Shown one piece after another: positions 44,492-54,034 of a DNA stretch of 64,000 nt (position 1 is its first letter; each line of letters opens with the position of its first letter). The notes beneath the pieces are model-generated. The model was not told the origin of the DNA. It saw nothing but the letters and a program-made list of their open reading frames with translations, and made no database searches. A program made the translations under genes and the position numbers. Where the stretch lies: assembly GCF_028368995.1 (NCBI RefSeq), contig NZ_JAQNDL010000005.1:416001-480000 (forward strand). The letters are read 5' to 3'. The DNA comes from Nannocystis bainbridge. Its GTDB lineage: Bacteria; Myxococcota_A; Polyangia; Nannocystales; Nannocystaceae.

Positions 44492-46138
44492 TTATCCCTT
44501 CATCTCCTCCACGCGCAGCACCAGGGTGCCCTCGCTGATGCGGATGAGCCCCGTGTCCTTGTCGCTCGTGCGCGCGACGTTGAGGACCGGCTTGTCGTCC
44601 TCGTAGACGTGGTTGATCGACGTGCTGCTCTTCGGCGACTTGCCGAGCAGGATGTGCTCGCCCTGAACGTCCATCGACAGCGCCGCGCCCTCCCGCCATT
44701 CGAGCAATCGGGCCACCCGGGCGTGATGCAGGTCGAGCGCCAGCAGCACGCGCTCGCCCCGGTACGCCGGCACGTAGACGTTGCCCGACCCGAGGTACGG
44801 GATGAACGGCGCCGTCACCTTCTGCTGGCTCCACGCCGGCACCTCGACCGTGTACTCGTCGAGCGAGCTGTCGTCGTTGCGGTACACCTGGTAGGTCTTG
44901 TCGCTGTCCTCGCCCTTCTCGGACACGACCTTGCCCTCGACATAGCCGGGGTAACGCGGTCGCCGATACTCGGGGTGACAGGCCCGCGTGTCCTCGCCGT
45001 CGACGAGGCGCGCGCGCAGCGAGACCTCGTATTCGGTGCTGGCGAGCTGGAGGTCGTGATCGAGGGACCCGTCGGAAGCGAGCGCGCGCAGCGAGACCTG
45101 CCGCACCCGCCAGATCTTGCCGACCAGCGCGCTGGTCTTGTTCCACCGGTTCGCCGCCGCCATCTGCACGCGATCGCCGGGCAGCAGCCGGATCACCGGC
45201 ATGCGGCCGAACGTCAGCTCCACCTCCAGCTTCGGCAGCCGCAGGCGCTGCTTCTCGAGCGCGACCCGATCGTCGACTTCCTGCGAGATCGAGGTGTGCA
45301 TCAGATGGTCGTGCCGGATCGCGCTCTCCGCGTAGGTCTGTGCGATCGCCTCCGTCCGCGGCCCGTTCGCGTAGGTGTTGCAGACCTCGACCGCGTGGGC
45401 CGGCGTCGGCGGCACGACCATCTCCACCCCGGCGATGTCGTCGCCGAACAGCCCGCGAGGCTCCCCGGCGGCCGGCCATTCGCTCAGCAAATCGAGCTCG
45501 CCGGTGACGTAGTCGTAGGTGAAGAGGCCGCCCCGGTGATCGGCGTACCAGATCAGAAAATCATAGAAGCTGGCCCCGTGTTCGACCGGCAGGTGGAGGA
45601 AGATCAATGGCCGCTCCTGCGCGAGCTCGGCCCAGCCGAATTTCACCTTGATCTTGTCCCCGATCTGGGCCCGGATCACGTCCTCGAGCTTTTGGTGAGT
45701 GTGCAGCCGGCACGGGAAATGCTGCGTCCACAACGCCCGCGCCGGGTCGGTGAACGCGATGCGATAGCGACGAACCAGCAGCGGCCTGTCGGGCAGGCGC
45801 CAGCCCGGCAGCTCGACCACCGAGCGGCGGGTCACCAGCCCCGAGAGCACCAGCGCCTCCGGGCTCTCGGCCGATTCCGCCTGGTCGTACACCACCGCCA
45901 GCGCGACGCGGACATCGAGGGGCTCCTGCGAGAGGAAGCCCTCCCGCAGCTCGTCGGTGAACCCCCCGCCGTGCGCGGCGTCGTCCTGCAGCACGAACTC
46001 GAGCTCCCCCGAGAAGCCGAACGGCTCGAGCTCGAGCTCGACCCGCTTGACCGCGCCGCCGGCGATCTCGTGCTCCTTCCCCGCGATCTTCAGGGTGACG
46101 CCGATCGCCAGTCGCTCGGTGAACGAACCCTCGCGCAT
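44492..46138 (-). CDS. VgrG gp27-like hub / PdpA-like protein
   Basis: ATG 46138 overlaps the tssE stop; FTDPARALWTQHFP, SFYDFLIW, OB-fold-like YVEGKVV...VPAYRGERVLLAL. Confidence 0.65.
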   Translation of the reverse strand: MREGSFTERLAIGVTLKIAGKEHEIAGGAVKRVELELEPFGFSGELEFVLQDDAAHGGGFTDELREGFLSQEPLDVRVALAVVYDQAESAESPEALVLSGLVTRRSVVELPGWRLPDRPLLVRRYRIAFTDPARALWTQHFPCRLHTHQKLEDVIRAQIGDKIKVKFGWAELAQERPLIFLHLPVEHGASFYDFLIWYADHRGGLFTYDYVTGELDLLSEWPAAGEPRGLFGDDIAGVEMVVPPTPAHAVEVCNTYANGPRTEAIAQTYAESAIRHDHLMHTSISQEVDDRVALEKQRLRLPKLEVELTFGRMPVIRLLPGDRVQMAAANRWNKTSALVGKIWRVRQVSLRALASDGSLDHDLQLASTEYEVSLRARLVDGEDTRACHPEYRRPRYPGYVEGKVVSEKGEDSDKTYQVYRNDDSSLDEYTVEVPAWSQQKVTAPFIPYLGSGNVYVPAYRGERVLLALDLHHARVARLLEWREGAALSMDVQGEHILLGKSPKSSTSINHVYEDDKPVLNVARTSDKDTGLIRISEGTLVLRVEEMKG

Positions 46139-46521
46139 CACGACTCCCCCACGGTGACGTGGACCTGCCGCGTCGTCGTGTCGATATCGATCCAGAGCAC
46201 CAGCGCCTCGCCGCGGACCTGTCCGCGGACCTCGTAGCGGATCCCGCGATAGCCGTACCCGCCGAGCAGCCGCACCACCGGCGAGCCGAGCCGCGGCTCG
46301 TAGCGCTCGATCGCCGCCTCGAGCTCGTTCCGCAGCAGGATGACGGCCTCGTGGGTCGTCGGCGCGGCCTCGTAATCTCCCAGCCCGAACTCCGCGATCA
46401 CGCTGCCGCAGCCCTTGCGGGTGTTGAGCAGGTGCTCGAGGTTCCGAACGATCACCGCCGGGGTCGCCTCCGCGGGCCCCTGCGCGAGCCGGTGGATGAA
46501 TGAGCCGAACCGACCAGCCAT
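46138..46521 (-). CDS. tssE: T6SS baseplate TssE (gp25-like)
   Basis: NLEHLLNTR, FGLGD, IERYEPRL. Confidence 0.9.
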   Translation of the reverse strand: MAGRFGSFIHRLAQGPAEATPAVIVRNLEHLLNTRKGCGSVIAEFGLGDYEAAPTTHEAVILLRNELEAAIERYEPRLGSPVVRLLGGYGYRGIRYEVRGQVRGEALVLWIDIDTTTRQVHVTVGES

Positions 46522-46524
46522 CGC

Positions 46525-47793
46525 TCACCCCCACACCAGGACGGCCTGGATCCCTTCGAGCGCGTGCCAGGCCGGGAAGCAGAGATCGCGGTCGCGGACG
46601 GCCTGGGCCCACTCCGGGTCGCCCTCGATCTGCAGCTTGTAGAAGGTCGCGTCGTGACCGTAGACGTACGCGAACGAGCTCGACTGGAAGACCGCCAGCG
46701 AGACCCCCGCCAGCGCCCGGGTATGGACCTCCTCGATCCGCCGCGGGCTCGCCAGCTTGACCCCGGCGAAGTCGACCGGCTTGCCAGAGCTCGACTTCAG
46801 GACCAGGTAGACCTCGCGGGACCGGCAGAGATCGTCGGGGAACGGACCCGCGACGAACCAGCTGGCCCGCCGCTCGAAGCCGAGTCGCTTCGCGCTCAGC
46901 GAGCTCGAGCTCAGGCAAGACTCGGTCCGCAGCCGCAGCTCCTCGAAGCAGCCCGCGAGGTCGCCGTGGCGATACCGCAATTGCAGGACGTCGTGCTGGT
47001 CGTCCTCGAGGATCGCCGCCTCCATGTAGAACTCGCGCAATGCGCTGAATAGCAGATACGGGTGCAGCGAGACCTTCTGCTGCGATTCGCCCGCGCCGAG
47101 CCCGTGGTCCGCGAGCACGGCGAGCGCCCGGTGGGCCGCCGAGCGTACGCGACGGAGCTCGGCGCCCTGCTCCGAGCCGAGGAACGAGTCGCGGATCCTG
47201 CGGCTGAGCTGGGCCTCGACCGCGTGCACCGCCCGGACGATCGCCTCGAGCGTGTCGCGCAGCAGCGGCGCCACCTCGACGCCGACTCGCAGCAGCGGCG
47301 GCGCGTAGCGCTCCAGCGACCAGCAGGCGTCGCGGCGCACCAGCCCGAGCAGCTTGACCGACTCGCGCGCGTCGTCCTGGCGAGCCGCGAGCGACAGCTC
47401 GGCGCGATAGATCACCCGGGTGACGCGCCGCGGGTCGTCGCGGTAGCCCTTGAGGTCCGTCGCGTCGGTGACTTCATGACCGATATGGAGATAGATCGCG
47501 GCCACGTTCTCGGCGACGTCGTCGAGGCTGATATTGCCGATCACGGCGTTGCCGGGCACGTCGATCAGCAGACCCGAGGCGAACACGTAGGTCAGCCGCT
47601 CGACGCGCACTGCGCCGGCGGCGAGCAGCGCCTCGTCCACGGCCAGGCGAGCGAGCCCGTGCGCCGGCAGACCCGAGAGGCCGGCGCCGACCCGGTCGTG
47701 AGCGAGCAGCGCCTCCTGCAGCGCGACGAACTGCTCCGGGAGCAGGACCTGCCCCATGCGCCACTCCGGGAGAGCTAATCGGACGCCGCTCAT
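46525..47793 (-). CDS. tssK: T6SS baseplate TssK (IglD)
   Basis: WRMGQVLLPEQF, SGLLIDVPGNA, YAPPLL, HPYLLF, YRHGDLAGCF. Confidence 0.88.
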   Translation of the reverse strand: MSGVRLALPEWRMGQVLLPEQFVALQEALLAHDRVGAGLSGLPAHGLARLAVDEALLAAGAVRVERLTYVFASGLLIDVPGNAVIGNISLDDVAENVAAIYLHIGHEVTDATDLKGYRDDPRRVTRVIYRAELSLAARQDDARESVKLLGLVRRDACWSLERYAPPLLRVGVEVAPLLRDTLEAIVRAVHAVEAQLSRRIRDSFLGSEQGAELRRVRSAAHRALAVLADHGLGAGESQQKVSLHPYLLFSALREFYMEAAILEDDQHDVLQLRYRHGDLAGCFEELRLRTESCLSSSSLSAKRLGFERRASWFVAGPFPDDLCRSREVYLVLKSSSGKPVDFAGVKLASPRRIEEVHTRALAGVSLAVFQSSSFAYVYGHDATFYKLQIEGDPEWAQAVRDRDLCFPAWHALEGIQAVLVWG

Positions 47794-47797
47794 CGCG

Positions 47798-48373
47798 TCA
47801 CTTCTCGACCTTGAGACCCCACGCCTTGACGATCTTGACCGAGAACGAGGTGGCGACCGTGATCGTCTGAGCCAACGGCTGCGGCTTGACGCCGATCTGG
47901 AACGCGTAGTTCTCGGGGGACTGCACCTCGGTCGAGGCGTCGTCGGAGGTGTCGATGTTCAGGTCGCCGCCTCGCTTCTCCAGCAGCCCGTCGAGCGCCT
48001 TGTCGGTCGGCAGCAGGCACTTGAAGTACTTCTTCTCGAGCGGGTCGTACTCGTAGATGCTGAAGTTGTAGGAGACATCGACCTTGGACAGGTCCTTGTA
48101 GGCGAGCTGCTTGATCTGCTGCTTGTTGAACACCGAGATCTGGCCGGAGAAGTAGAGCCCGTCGGTGACCCCGAGCTCCCACAACACCCCGCTGAGGACG
48201 GTGACGACCGCGAGATCGGTCTCGGGCGCCATGGGGTCCTTGCAGGTCTGGTCGGCCTTGAGCGTGACGTCGCCGATCTTGAGCTCGGTCAGGAATCCGA
48301 CCGGGGTCTGGACGTCCTTCTTGAAGTTGTAACCCTGGTAAATGTCGCAGTGCTTCTGGAATGTGGCAGGCAT
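47798..48373 (-). CDS. Probable T6SS inner tube protein (IglC/Hcp analogue)
   Basis: Lies between the sheath gene and tssK, as iglC does in the iglABCD order; 191 aa, beta-rich, strong codon bias; FLTELKIGDVTLKAD weakly recalls IglC. Confidence 0.6.
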   Translation of the reverse strand: MPATFQKHCDIYQGYNFKKDVQTPVGFLTELKIGDVTLKADQTCKDPMAPETDLAVVTVLSGVLWELGVTDGLYFSGQISVFNKQQIKQLAYKDLSKVDVSYNFSIYEYDPLEKKYFKCLLPTDKALDGLLEKRGGDLNIDTSDDASTEVQSPENYAFQIGVKPQPLAQTITVATSFSVKIVKAWGLKVEK

Positions 48374-48397
48374 CGCTTGTCTCCTCGCTGTTTGCTA

Positions 48398-50851
48398 TCA
48401 GGCCCCGCCGAGCGCCGCTTCCAGCCGCAGCTCGACGTCCATGCCCTGGAACTGGATGTGCGGCAGCACCGCGACCTTGCAGCTGTACCAGCCGAACGGC
48501 CCCGGCTTCGGCTCGACGCTGACCGACATGGCCTTGAACGGGTAGTAGAGCAGCGTCAAATCGTCCGGGTTGACCGCCGTCGTCACGTACTCGACCAGCC
48601 AGGCCTCGAGCATCGACTGGATGTATGGCGCGTCGGCCGTCGAGCCGATGTAATCCCGCACCATCCGCTTGACGTAGTGGGCGATGCGCGTGATCGACAG
48701 CGTATACGCCAGGTTGCAGATCAGGTCGGCGTTCTTGGTGTCGAGGTCGTCCTCGAACTCGATCGCCCGCTTGACCGCGCGCGCGCTGAAGAACGTCACG
48801 TCCGCCGTGCCCTTGCAATGGACCAGAGGGATGAAGCCGGCGTTGGCCAGCTGCAGCTCGCGATAGTCCGGGATCGCCACCTCGACCGGCGGCTGCAGCT
48901 CCTCCTGCCCGTGGTGGAGCACCATGTGCACCGGCAGGCCCTTGATCAGCCCGCCGCCGAGCGGCCCCGCGATGTGCTGACACCAACCCGACGCCTGGAA
49001 CGAGCGCACCATGTTGCGGGCGAACAGCACCGCCGCGTTGCCCCACAAGTAGTCGCCCGGCCCGCCGATCTTCTCCTCGAAATCGACCGCCTGCTGCTTG
49101 CCGGCCTGGCGCACGTAGGGCGCGCGCAGCATGTAGCGCGGCATGGTCAGGCCGATGTAGGCCGCCCCGTGCGTCTCGCGGAAGGCCGCCCACCGCCCGT
49201 ACTGCGGCAGCGCCATCAGCTCCTCGATGTCCGGCTTGCGATCGAGCTCCTCCCAGGTCTCGCTGGAGAAGAAGCGCGGGCTGACCGCCGCGACGAACGG
49301 GCAGTGCGCCGCGGCGCTGATCTTCGACACTGTCTGCAGCCAGTCGATGTCCTCGTCGCTGTTGTCGAACTCGTAGAGCCCGATCATCACGCCGATCGGC
49401 CGCCCGCCGTAGCGATCGTACTCGTCGATGTAGACCTTGCGGAACAGCGCGCTGTTGAGGATGTAGCTCGAGTGGTCCTCGAAGTCCGCGCGCAGCACCT
49501 CCTTGTCCGCGTCGAGGAAATCGATGATGACCTCGTTCGAGTTCACCTCGCGGCACAGATCGTCGAGCGACCGCCAGCTCGTCTCGAGCGCGCGCAGGCT
49601 CGGGCTCTGGACCACCCCGGCCAGCCGCTTCTGCACCAGCCCGTCGAGCTCGTGCAGCAGCGTGTCGATGGCGATCATCATGGTGCGGATCGAGTCGACC
49701 CGGCGCCCCTCGAGGAACGGGTCGATGTTGACCAGCAGCACCGCCAGGATGTTGGCGAAGCGGTCCGCGAGGGTGAAGCTCGTGTCGCGGTCGTGGAACG
49801 CCAGGTTGGCGCTGCCCGGTCGTTCGACCAGCGCGCGCTGCTTGTTCTCGGACGGGTTCATGCCCGCGCTGCTGATCAGCCGCTCGAGCAGCGCCTTGGC
49901 GTCGGGCTCGGGCTCGTCCGGCGCCGCATCCACGGGGGCCGCAGCGGCGTCCGGGCGGGCCTCTGCCACCAGCAGCGGATACCTCCGGCGGAAGTACCCG
50001 CGCAGCTGCCCGAACGCCGACTTCTCGCCCTCGGCGACCGGCACCTCGCGCAGCTGCACGAGCTCGGCCTTGAGCGCCTCCCGCAGCTCCGGGAAGCTCG
50101 AGATGTGATTGCGCGCCTCGAGCACCAGCCGATGCAGCAGCACGATCCGCCGGATCTCCGGCACGCTCATCGCCACGTGCAACGGCTTGAAGTCGTTGAT
50201 CGAGCGCAGCGGGATCGTCAGATCGACCGGCACCTTCTCGGCGCTGACCTGGCTCTTGAGCCCGCCCGTCAGCTCCGTCGCGGCGCTGTCGTTGGGGCCG
50301 ACCGTGACCTCGAATTCCCCGTGGACATCGCCCGTGAGCCCGATCTCGGCGCCCGGCGGCGGCTCGACCTTGCCGTGAACCGAGAGCTTCACCGGGGTGC
50401 CACCATCGGGGATCGCCAGCTCTCCGTTCGCGAACGGCAGCATCGCCTCTCCGCTGATCTCGACCTCGCCGGCGAAGCTCCCGAGCCGGTTGGCCCGGAA
50501 GTCGCCCTTCACCGTGGCCGTGCCGCGGATCTTGACCTTGGCCTCCGTCGCCCCGGCGGCGGGCTCACCGACCAATGTTCCGGTGACCGACCCGGCGAGC
50601 GCCCCGGCCAGCACCTCGCGCAGCTCGGCGTCTTCGATCGGCGCCGTCACCTTCATCTCGTCCATGAAGCTGGCCAGCTTCATGCCCGGCAAGATCGAGT
50701 GGATCGGACGCTCCCCAAGCAGGCGCCGGTTGGCCCCCGTGAAGTCTCCGAGCACCAAGAAACGCATCGGCAACTTGGCCTTCTTCGGTTTGCCGTCGAT
50801 CTTGGTCCGATAGCTGATGTTGAGACGCGAACGAGGGACTGGCTTACTCAT
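48398..50851 (-). CDS. Fused T6SS sheath TssB-TssC (IglA-IglB-like)
   Basis: ATG 50851; VPRSRLNISYRT...KLPMRFLVLGDFT and INDFKP...VPEIR (TssB), continuing without a stop into EYDRYGGRP, YLWGNAA, RIAHYVK, YPF, PHIQFQGM (TssC). Confidence 0.92.
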   Translation of the reverse strand: MSKPVPRSRLNISYRTKIDGKPKKAKLPMRFLVLGDFTGANRRLLGERPIHSILPGMKLASFMDEMKVTAPIEDAELREVLAGALAGSVTGTLVGEPAAGATEAKVKIRGTATVKGDFRANRLGSFAGEVEISGEAMLPFANGELAIPDGGTPVKLSVHGKVEPPPGAEIGLTGDVHGEFEVTVGPNDSAATELTGGLKSQVSAEKVPVDLTIPLRSINDFKPLHVAMSVPEIRRIVLLHRLVLEARNHISSFPELREALKAELVQLREVPVAEGEKSAFGQLRGYFRRRYPLLVAEARPDAAAAPVDAAPDEPEPDAKALLERLISSAGMNPSENKQRALVERPGSANLAFHDRDTSFTLADRFANILAVLLVNIDPFLEGRRVDSIRTMMIAIDTLLHELDGLVQKRLAGVVQSPSLRALETSWRSLDDLCREVNSNEVIIDFLDADKEVLRADFEDHSSYILNSALFRKVYIDEYDRYGGRPIGVMIGLYEFDNSDEDIDWLQTVSKISAAAHCPFVAAVSPRFFSSETWEELDRKPDIEELMALPQYGRWAAFRETHGAAYIGLTMPRYMLRAPYVRQAGKQQAVDFEEKIGGPGDYLWGNAAVLFARNMVRSFQASGWCQHIAGPLGGGLIKGLPVHMVLHHGQEELQPPVEVAIPDYRELQLANAGFIPLVHCKGTADVTFFSARAVKRAIEFEDDLDTKNADLICNLAYTLSITRIAHYVKRMVRDYIGSTADAPYIQSMLEAWLVEYVTTAVNPDDLTLLYYPFKAMSVSVEPKPGPFGWYSCKVAVLPHIQFQGMDVELRLEAALGGA

Positions 50852-50945
50852 GTGATCTTCCCGTACACAGCGACTAATCATGGGAACAGCGGTGGCACCA
50901 AAAAAGGTGCGAGCTGTGTTTTTCGGCGCTGAAAAGCCGGCACAT

Positions 50946-50961
50946 GTTTCCGATCGGAAAC
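50946..50961. promoter_or_regulatory. Perfect 16-bp palindrome GTTTCCGATCGGAAAC in the divergent T6SS promoter region
   Basis: Read directly; a second inverted repeat GCACC-A6-GGTGC lies at 50895-50910. Confidence 0.55.
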
Positions 50962-51067
50962 GACGAAGCGCAAGGCCGCGCATCGGCCAGATCGGCGCAT
51001 GGCGACGGCGTCTGGCAGATATCGTATGCGCTTTACTGGATCGCGCGTCCGTGTATCATGCCCTCCT

Positions 51068-51787
51068 ATGTTGGAGTTATTGCCGCCGACCTCCCCCTGT
51101 CCCCCCCACGCCGACCCCCGGCTCGAGCGGACCACGACGAGGATCCGGGACCTGGTGGCCGGGACGCACCTCCAGATGGCGCTCTCCATCGGTCGAATCG
51201 TGGTCGAGGAGATTTATGACGGAGACCTCAAGAGCTGGCGCCGCCGCGGCCCGAAGGACCCTTCTCTGCGCCGGCTAGCCGCCGATCCCCGGCTCACGAT
51301 CAGCGCCTCTGCGTTATATCGCGCGCTCGGAATCTTCGAGCTCAAGGTGCGGTTCGCGGATCATCCGATGTGGGATATGCTCACGGCCTGCCACCTTCGG
51401 GCGGTGCTGGGGCTGCCGGAGTCGGAGCAATGCCGCCTGCTCGATCTGGCGACCACCAGCGCCTGGACCTCCCAGACCCTCGAGCACGCGGCGGCCATCA
51501 GCCGCGACAACCACAAGACCTCGCGCGGCGGCCGTTCGCGCAAGTCCCCGGTCGTGCGTGCGATCGAGACCGCCGAGCGAGCGCTGGCCGGCGACCAGGA
51601 CGTGGACGTGGCGTCCCCCGCCGTGCTCGTCGAATTGCCGGCGGAGCAGCGCGACGACCTCCTGCGCCGCCTCAGCCTGATCCGCGAGCGCTGCGCCTCG
51701 CTCGCCACGGCGCTGGAGGGCCAGCTCCCCGAGTCGCACGCGCGATCGGAGTCGAAGCCCGGCGTCTCCTCGTACGCCCCCCATTGA
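51068..51787 (+). CDS. Hypothetical helical protein, possibly DNA-binding
   Basis: ALSIGRIVVEEIYDG, DPSLRRLAADPRLTISASALYR, HLRAVLGLP; start uncertain. Confidence 0.6.
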   Translation: MLELLPPTSPCPPHADPRLERTTTRIRDLVAGTHLQMALSIGRIVVEEIYDGDLKSWRRRGPKDPSLRRLAADPRLTISASALYRALGIFELKVRFADHPMWDMLTACHLRAVLGLPESEQCRLLDLATTSAWTSQTLEHAAAISRDNHKTSRGGRSRKSPVVRAIETAERALAGDQDVDVASPAVLVELPAEQRDDLLRRLSLIRERCASLATALEGQLPESHARSESKPGVSSYAPH

Positions 51788-51867
51788 GCGCGATCGCCCG
51801 GCCCCATTTCGCGAATGGTTATTCGCGAGCAACGTAAAATTTGGACCCCCTCTCGCCAGGCCCCAAG

Positions 51868-53622
51868 ATGGCAGACGAGCTCGGGACAGTGTTCGCGGAT
51901 CACATCATCGCCGCATGCTCGCTCATCGCCCCTTCCTCGGGCCGGACCGGCGATCTGGACTGGCTGCGCGCCACCCACCGAATGCCGGGGGCGTTCTGGG
52001 AATCGCTGTTCCGCGTGCTCGACGACGGCAGGGGCCCGCCGCTCAAGAGCCGGCCCAGCGAGGGCTTCGACCCCTATCACGATATGGTGGTCCGGCATCT
52101 CGGTGCCGATCGAACTGCGCTCCAGATCCACGATCCACGGCTCCCTGAGGGACACCGCTGGCAGTCGTTCTCATTCGACGACCTCCACGCTCGGTGCACG
52201 CTTCGCGCCGCCTCATGGGCCGCCCAGGGCGTCGAACCCGGAGCGATTGTCTGCGTCGTGCTGCCATTCGGTGTCGAATGTGCGATATCGCTGCTGACCG
52301 CGTTGCGCATCGGCGCCCTCGTATCACTGCTCGAGCCCGGGGGCCCCGACCTCCTCGGACGGCGCCTCGAAGCGCTCGCACCCCGGCACATCGCCACCGA
52401 CGCCTTCTATCGACCGTTGCTCGGCCTATTCGCCGATCTGACCCTCGAGCCAGCCGCGAGTCCCCCGCTGTTCGGCGCGCCATCGCGCTGGTATCGCCCC
52501 GGTGAGCCCTGCGCCGCGCTGTTCTCCCCGCTGCGCCGGCCGCCCCACCTGCCGGTCCCGCTCCGCTGCGACGAGCTGTACCTCGGCGCGCTCCGGGACG
52601 GCGCCATGACCTTCGCGTTGCGCCCCGGCGACCGCCTCGCCGCGCCCGGCTTCGATGCGCTGCAGCACCAACCCGCCCTGCTGTTCGCGGCGCTGCTGGC
52701 GGGTGCCACCTATGTGCATATCGAGGCCGAGGAGGCGCTCCGCGACCCCCGGCTTTTGGACGCCTTTCCGCTGCGCAGCCTCGGGCTCGGCGCGCGCATA
52801 TGCGAGCACCTGTTGGGCACGCGCGCCATCGCTCGTCCGCAGTGGTCGCACGTGTTTCGCAACCCCGAGGAGCCGACCGACTGGGAGTCCTGGCGCGAGC
52901 TGATCGACGCGCTGGGCCTGCACGAGACCGCCATGTCCAATGTCGTGCTCGAAGCGGCCGCCGGCGGCTCTCTGCTCGGTTCGCCGCGCCGGCCGGGCAA
53001 GGCCCACCTGGGCGCCCTCATGAACCTCGTCCCCGCCGCCGGTCGGCCGTGGAAGCTGCTGGACTTCACCGGCAGCGGCCAGCCGGCCGTCGGCGACGTC
53101 GGCGTCTTCGCCCCGCTCGCCACGATCGACGCCGACGCCGACACCGACCCGCTCGACCCCCACGTCGTGCTCGGCCTGAGACACGGCGGCGAGTTCCTGT
53201 ACGGCGGCGCCACCGAGCCCCGCCGCAGCGGCCGCGTCTACCCTGTCGACGAGGTGCTCGCAGCCCTCGACGATTGCCCGTTCCTTCACGGCGCCAGCCT
53301 CGTCGCCGTCCCTGCTGGCGGCCCGACCCTCGCGCATCGCTTCGTCCTGCTCGGCTTCACCGGCGACGAGCCGATCGCCAGCTTCGAGGCCCTCCGCACC
53401 GCCCGCATCGACGAGCTGAAGCGGGTGCTGAGCACGCGCCTCACCCCCGACTTCTTGCCCGACGCGATCGAGCTGTTCCCCTGCTTCGCCCGCCTCGCCG
53501 ACGGCGCGGTCGATCACCGGTGGTGCCAATTTCAATTCCATAGCGGGGCCCTGCACGCCAGAGTGCGGACCCCCGTATTTCAGCGGCTGACGGCCCTTCG
53601 CGGCGCACTCGGCCGCGCGTGA
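51868..53622 (+). CDS. Degenerate AMP-binding (ANL superfamily) protein associated with the T6SS
   Basis: SFSFDDLHARC...AAQGVEPGAIVCVVLP...LLTALRIGA is ANL-like, but no TSGTTG P-loop is present. Confidence 0.65.
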   Translation: MADELGTVFADHIIAACSLIAPSSGRTGDLDWLRATHRMPGAFWESLFRVLDDGRGPPLKSRPSEGFDPYHDMVVRHLGADRTALQIHDPRLPEGHRWQSFSFDDLHARCTLRAASWAAQGVEPGAIVCVVLPFGVECAISLLTALRIGALVSLLEPGGPDLLGRRLEALAPRHIATDAFYRPLLGLFADLTLEPAASPPLFGAPSRWYRPGEPCAALFSPLRRPPHLPVPLRCDELYLGALRDGAMTFALRPGDRLAAPGFDALQHQPALLFAALLAGATYVHIEAEEALRDPRLLDAFPLRSLGLGARICEHLLGTRAIARPQWSHVFRNPEEPTDWESWRELIDALGLHETAMSNVVLEAAAGGSLLGSPRRPGKAHLGALMNLVPAAGRPWKLLDFTGSGQPAVGDVGVFAPLATIDADADTDPLDPHVVLGLRHGGEFLYGGATEPRRSGRVYPVDEVLAALDDCPFLHGASLVAVPAGGPTLAHRFVLLGFTGDEPIASFEALRTARIDELKRVLSTRLTPDFLPDAIELFPCFARLADGAVDHRWCQFQFHSGALHARVRTPVFQRLTALRGALGRA

Positions 53623-53644
53623 GCGCGAGGAGGAGGAGGAGACC

Positions 53645-54034
53645 ATGGCCATCGCAGTGTGCATGGGAGCCACCATGATGTGCAGCTTCGGCGTCGCGCC
53701 GGCGAGCCTCGTCGTCCTGCCGACCGGCTCGATGGTGACGCCCGCCGTCCCCTCCGCCAACATCTCCGCCTTCGCCCCGGTCGCCAACGTCCCCCCGTTC
53801 GGCGCCTGCACCTCGATGGCCAACCCCACCGTCGCCGCCGCGACCGCGGCCGCCCTCGGCGTGCTCACGCCGATGCCCTGCGTGCCCATGACCACCTCGC
53901 CGTGGATCCCCGGCACGCCGACCACAATCAACGGGGCCATGCCTGCCGTCGACGCCAGCTGCAAGCTCATGTGCAACTGGGGCGGCTGCATCTCCGTCCT
54001 CAACCCCGGTCAGACGACCCTGATGGTCCAATGA
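53645..54034 (+). CDS. DUF4280 PAAR-like spike tip protein (IglG-like)
   Basis: GGAGGAG RBS; VCMGATMMCSFG, PFGACTSMANP, PMPCVP, W..G, CKLMCNWGG. Confidence 0.92.
   Translation: MAIAVCMGATMMCSFGVAPASLVVLPTGSMVTPAVPSANISAFAPVANVPPFGACTSMANPTVAAATAAALGVLTPMPCVPMTTSPWIPGTPTTINGAMPAVDASCKLMCNWGGCISVLNPGQTTLMVQ

Noticed and set aside
46139-46918. N-terminal extension of the 808-aa VgrG-hub ORF
   Set aside because: Overlaps tssE and tssK in other frames and is Arg/Gly/Pro-rich; the likely start is the coupled ATG at 46138
47756-50932. 1058-aa plus-strand ORF and similar long antisense ORFs (38083..40857, 43523..46237, 8823..10637, 11162..12865)
   Set aside because: Antisense shadows of real high-GC genes, with no recognisable motifs
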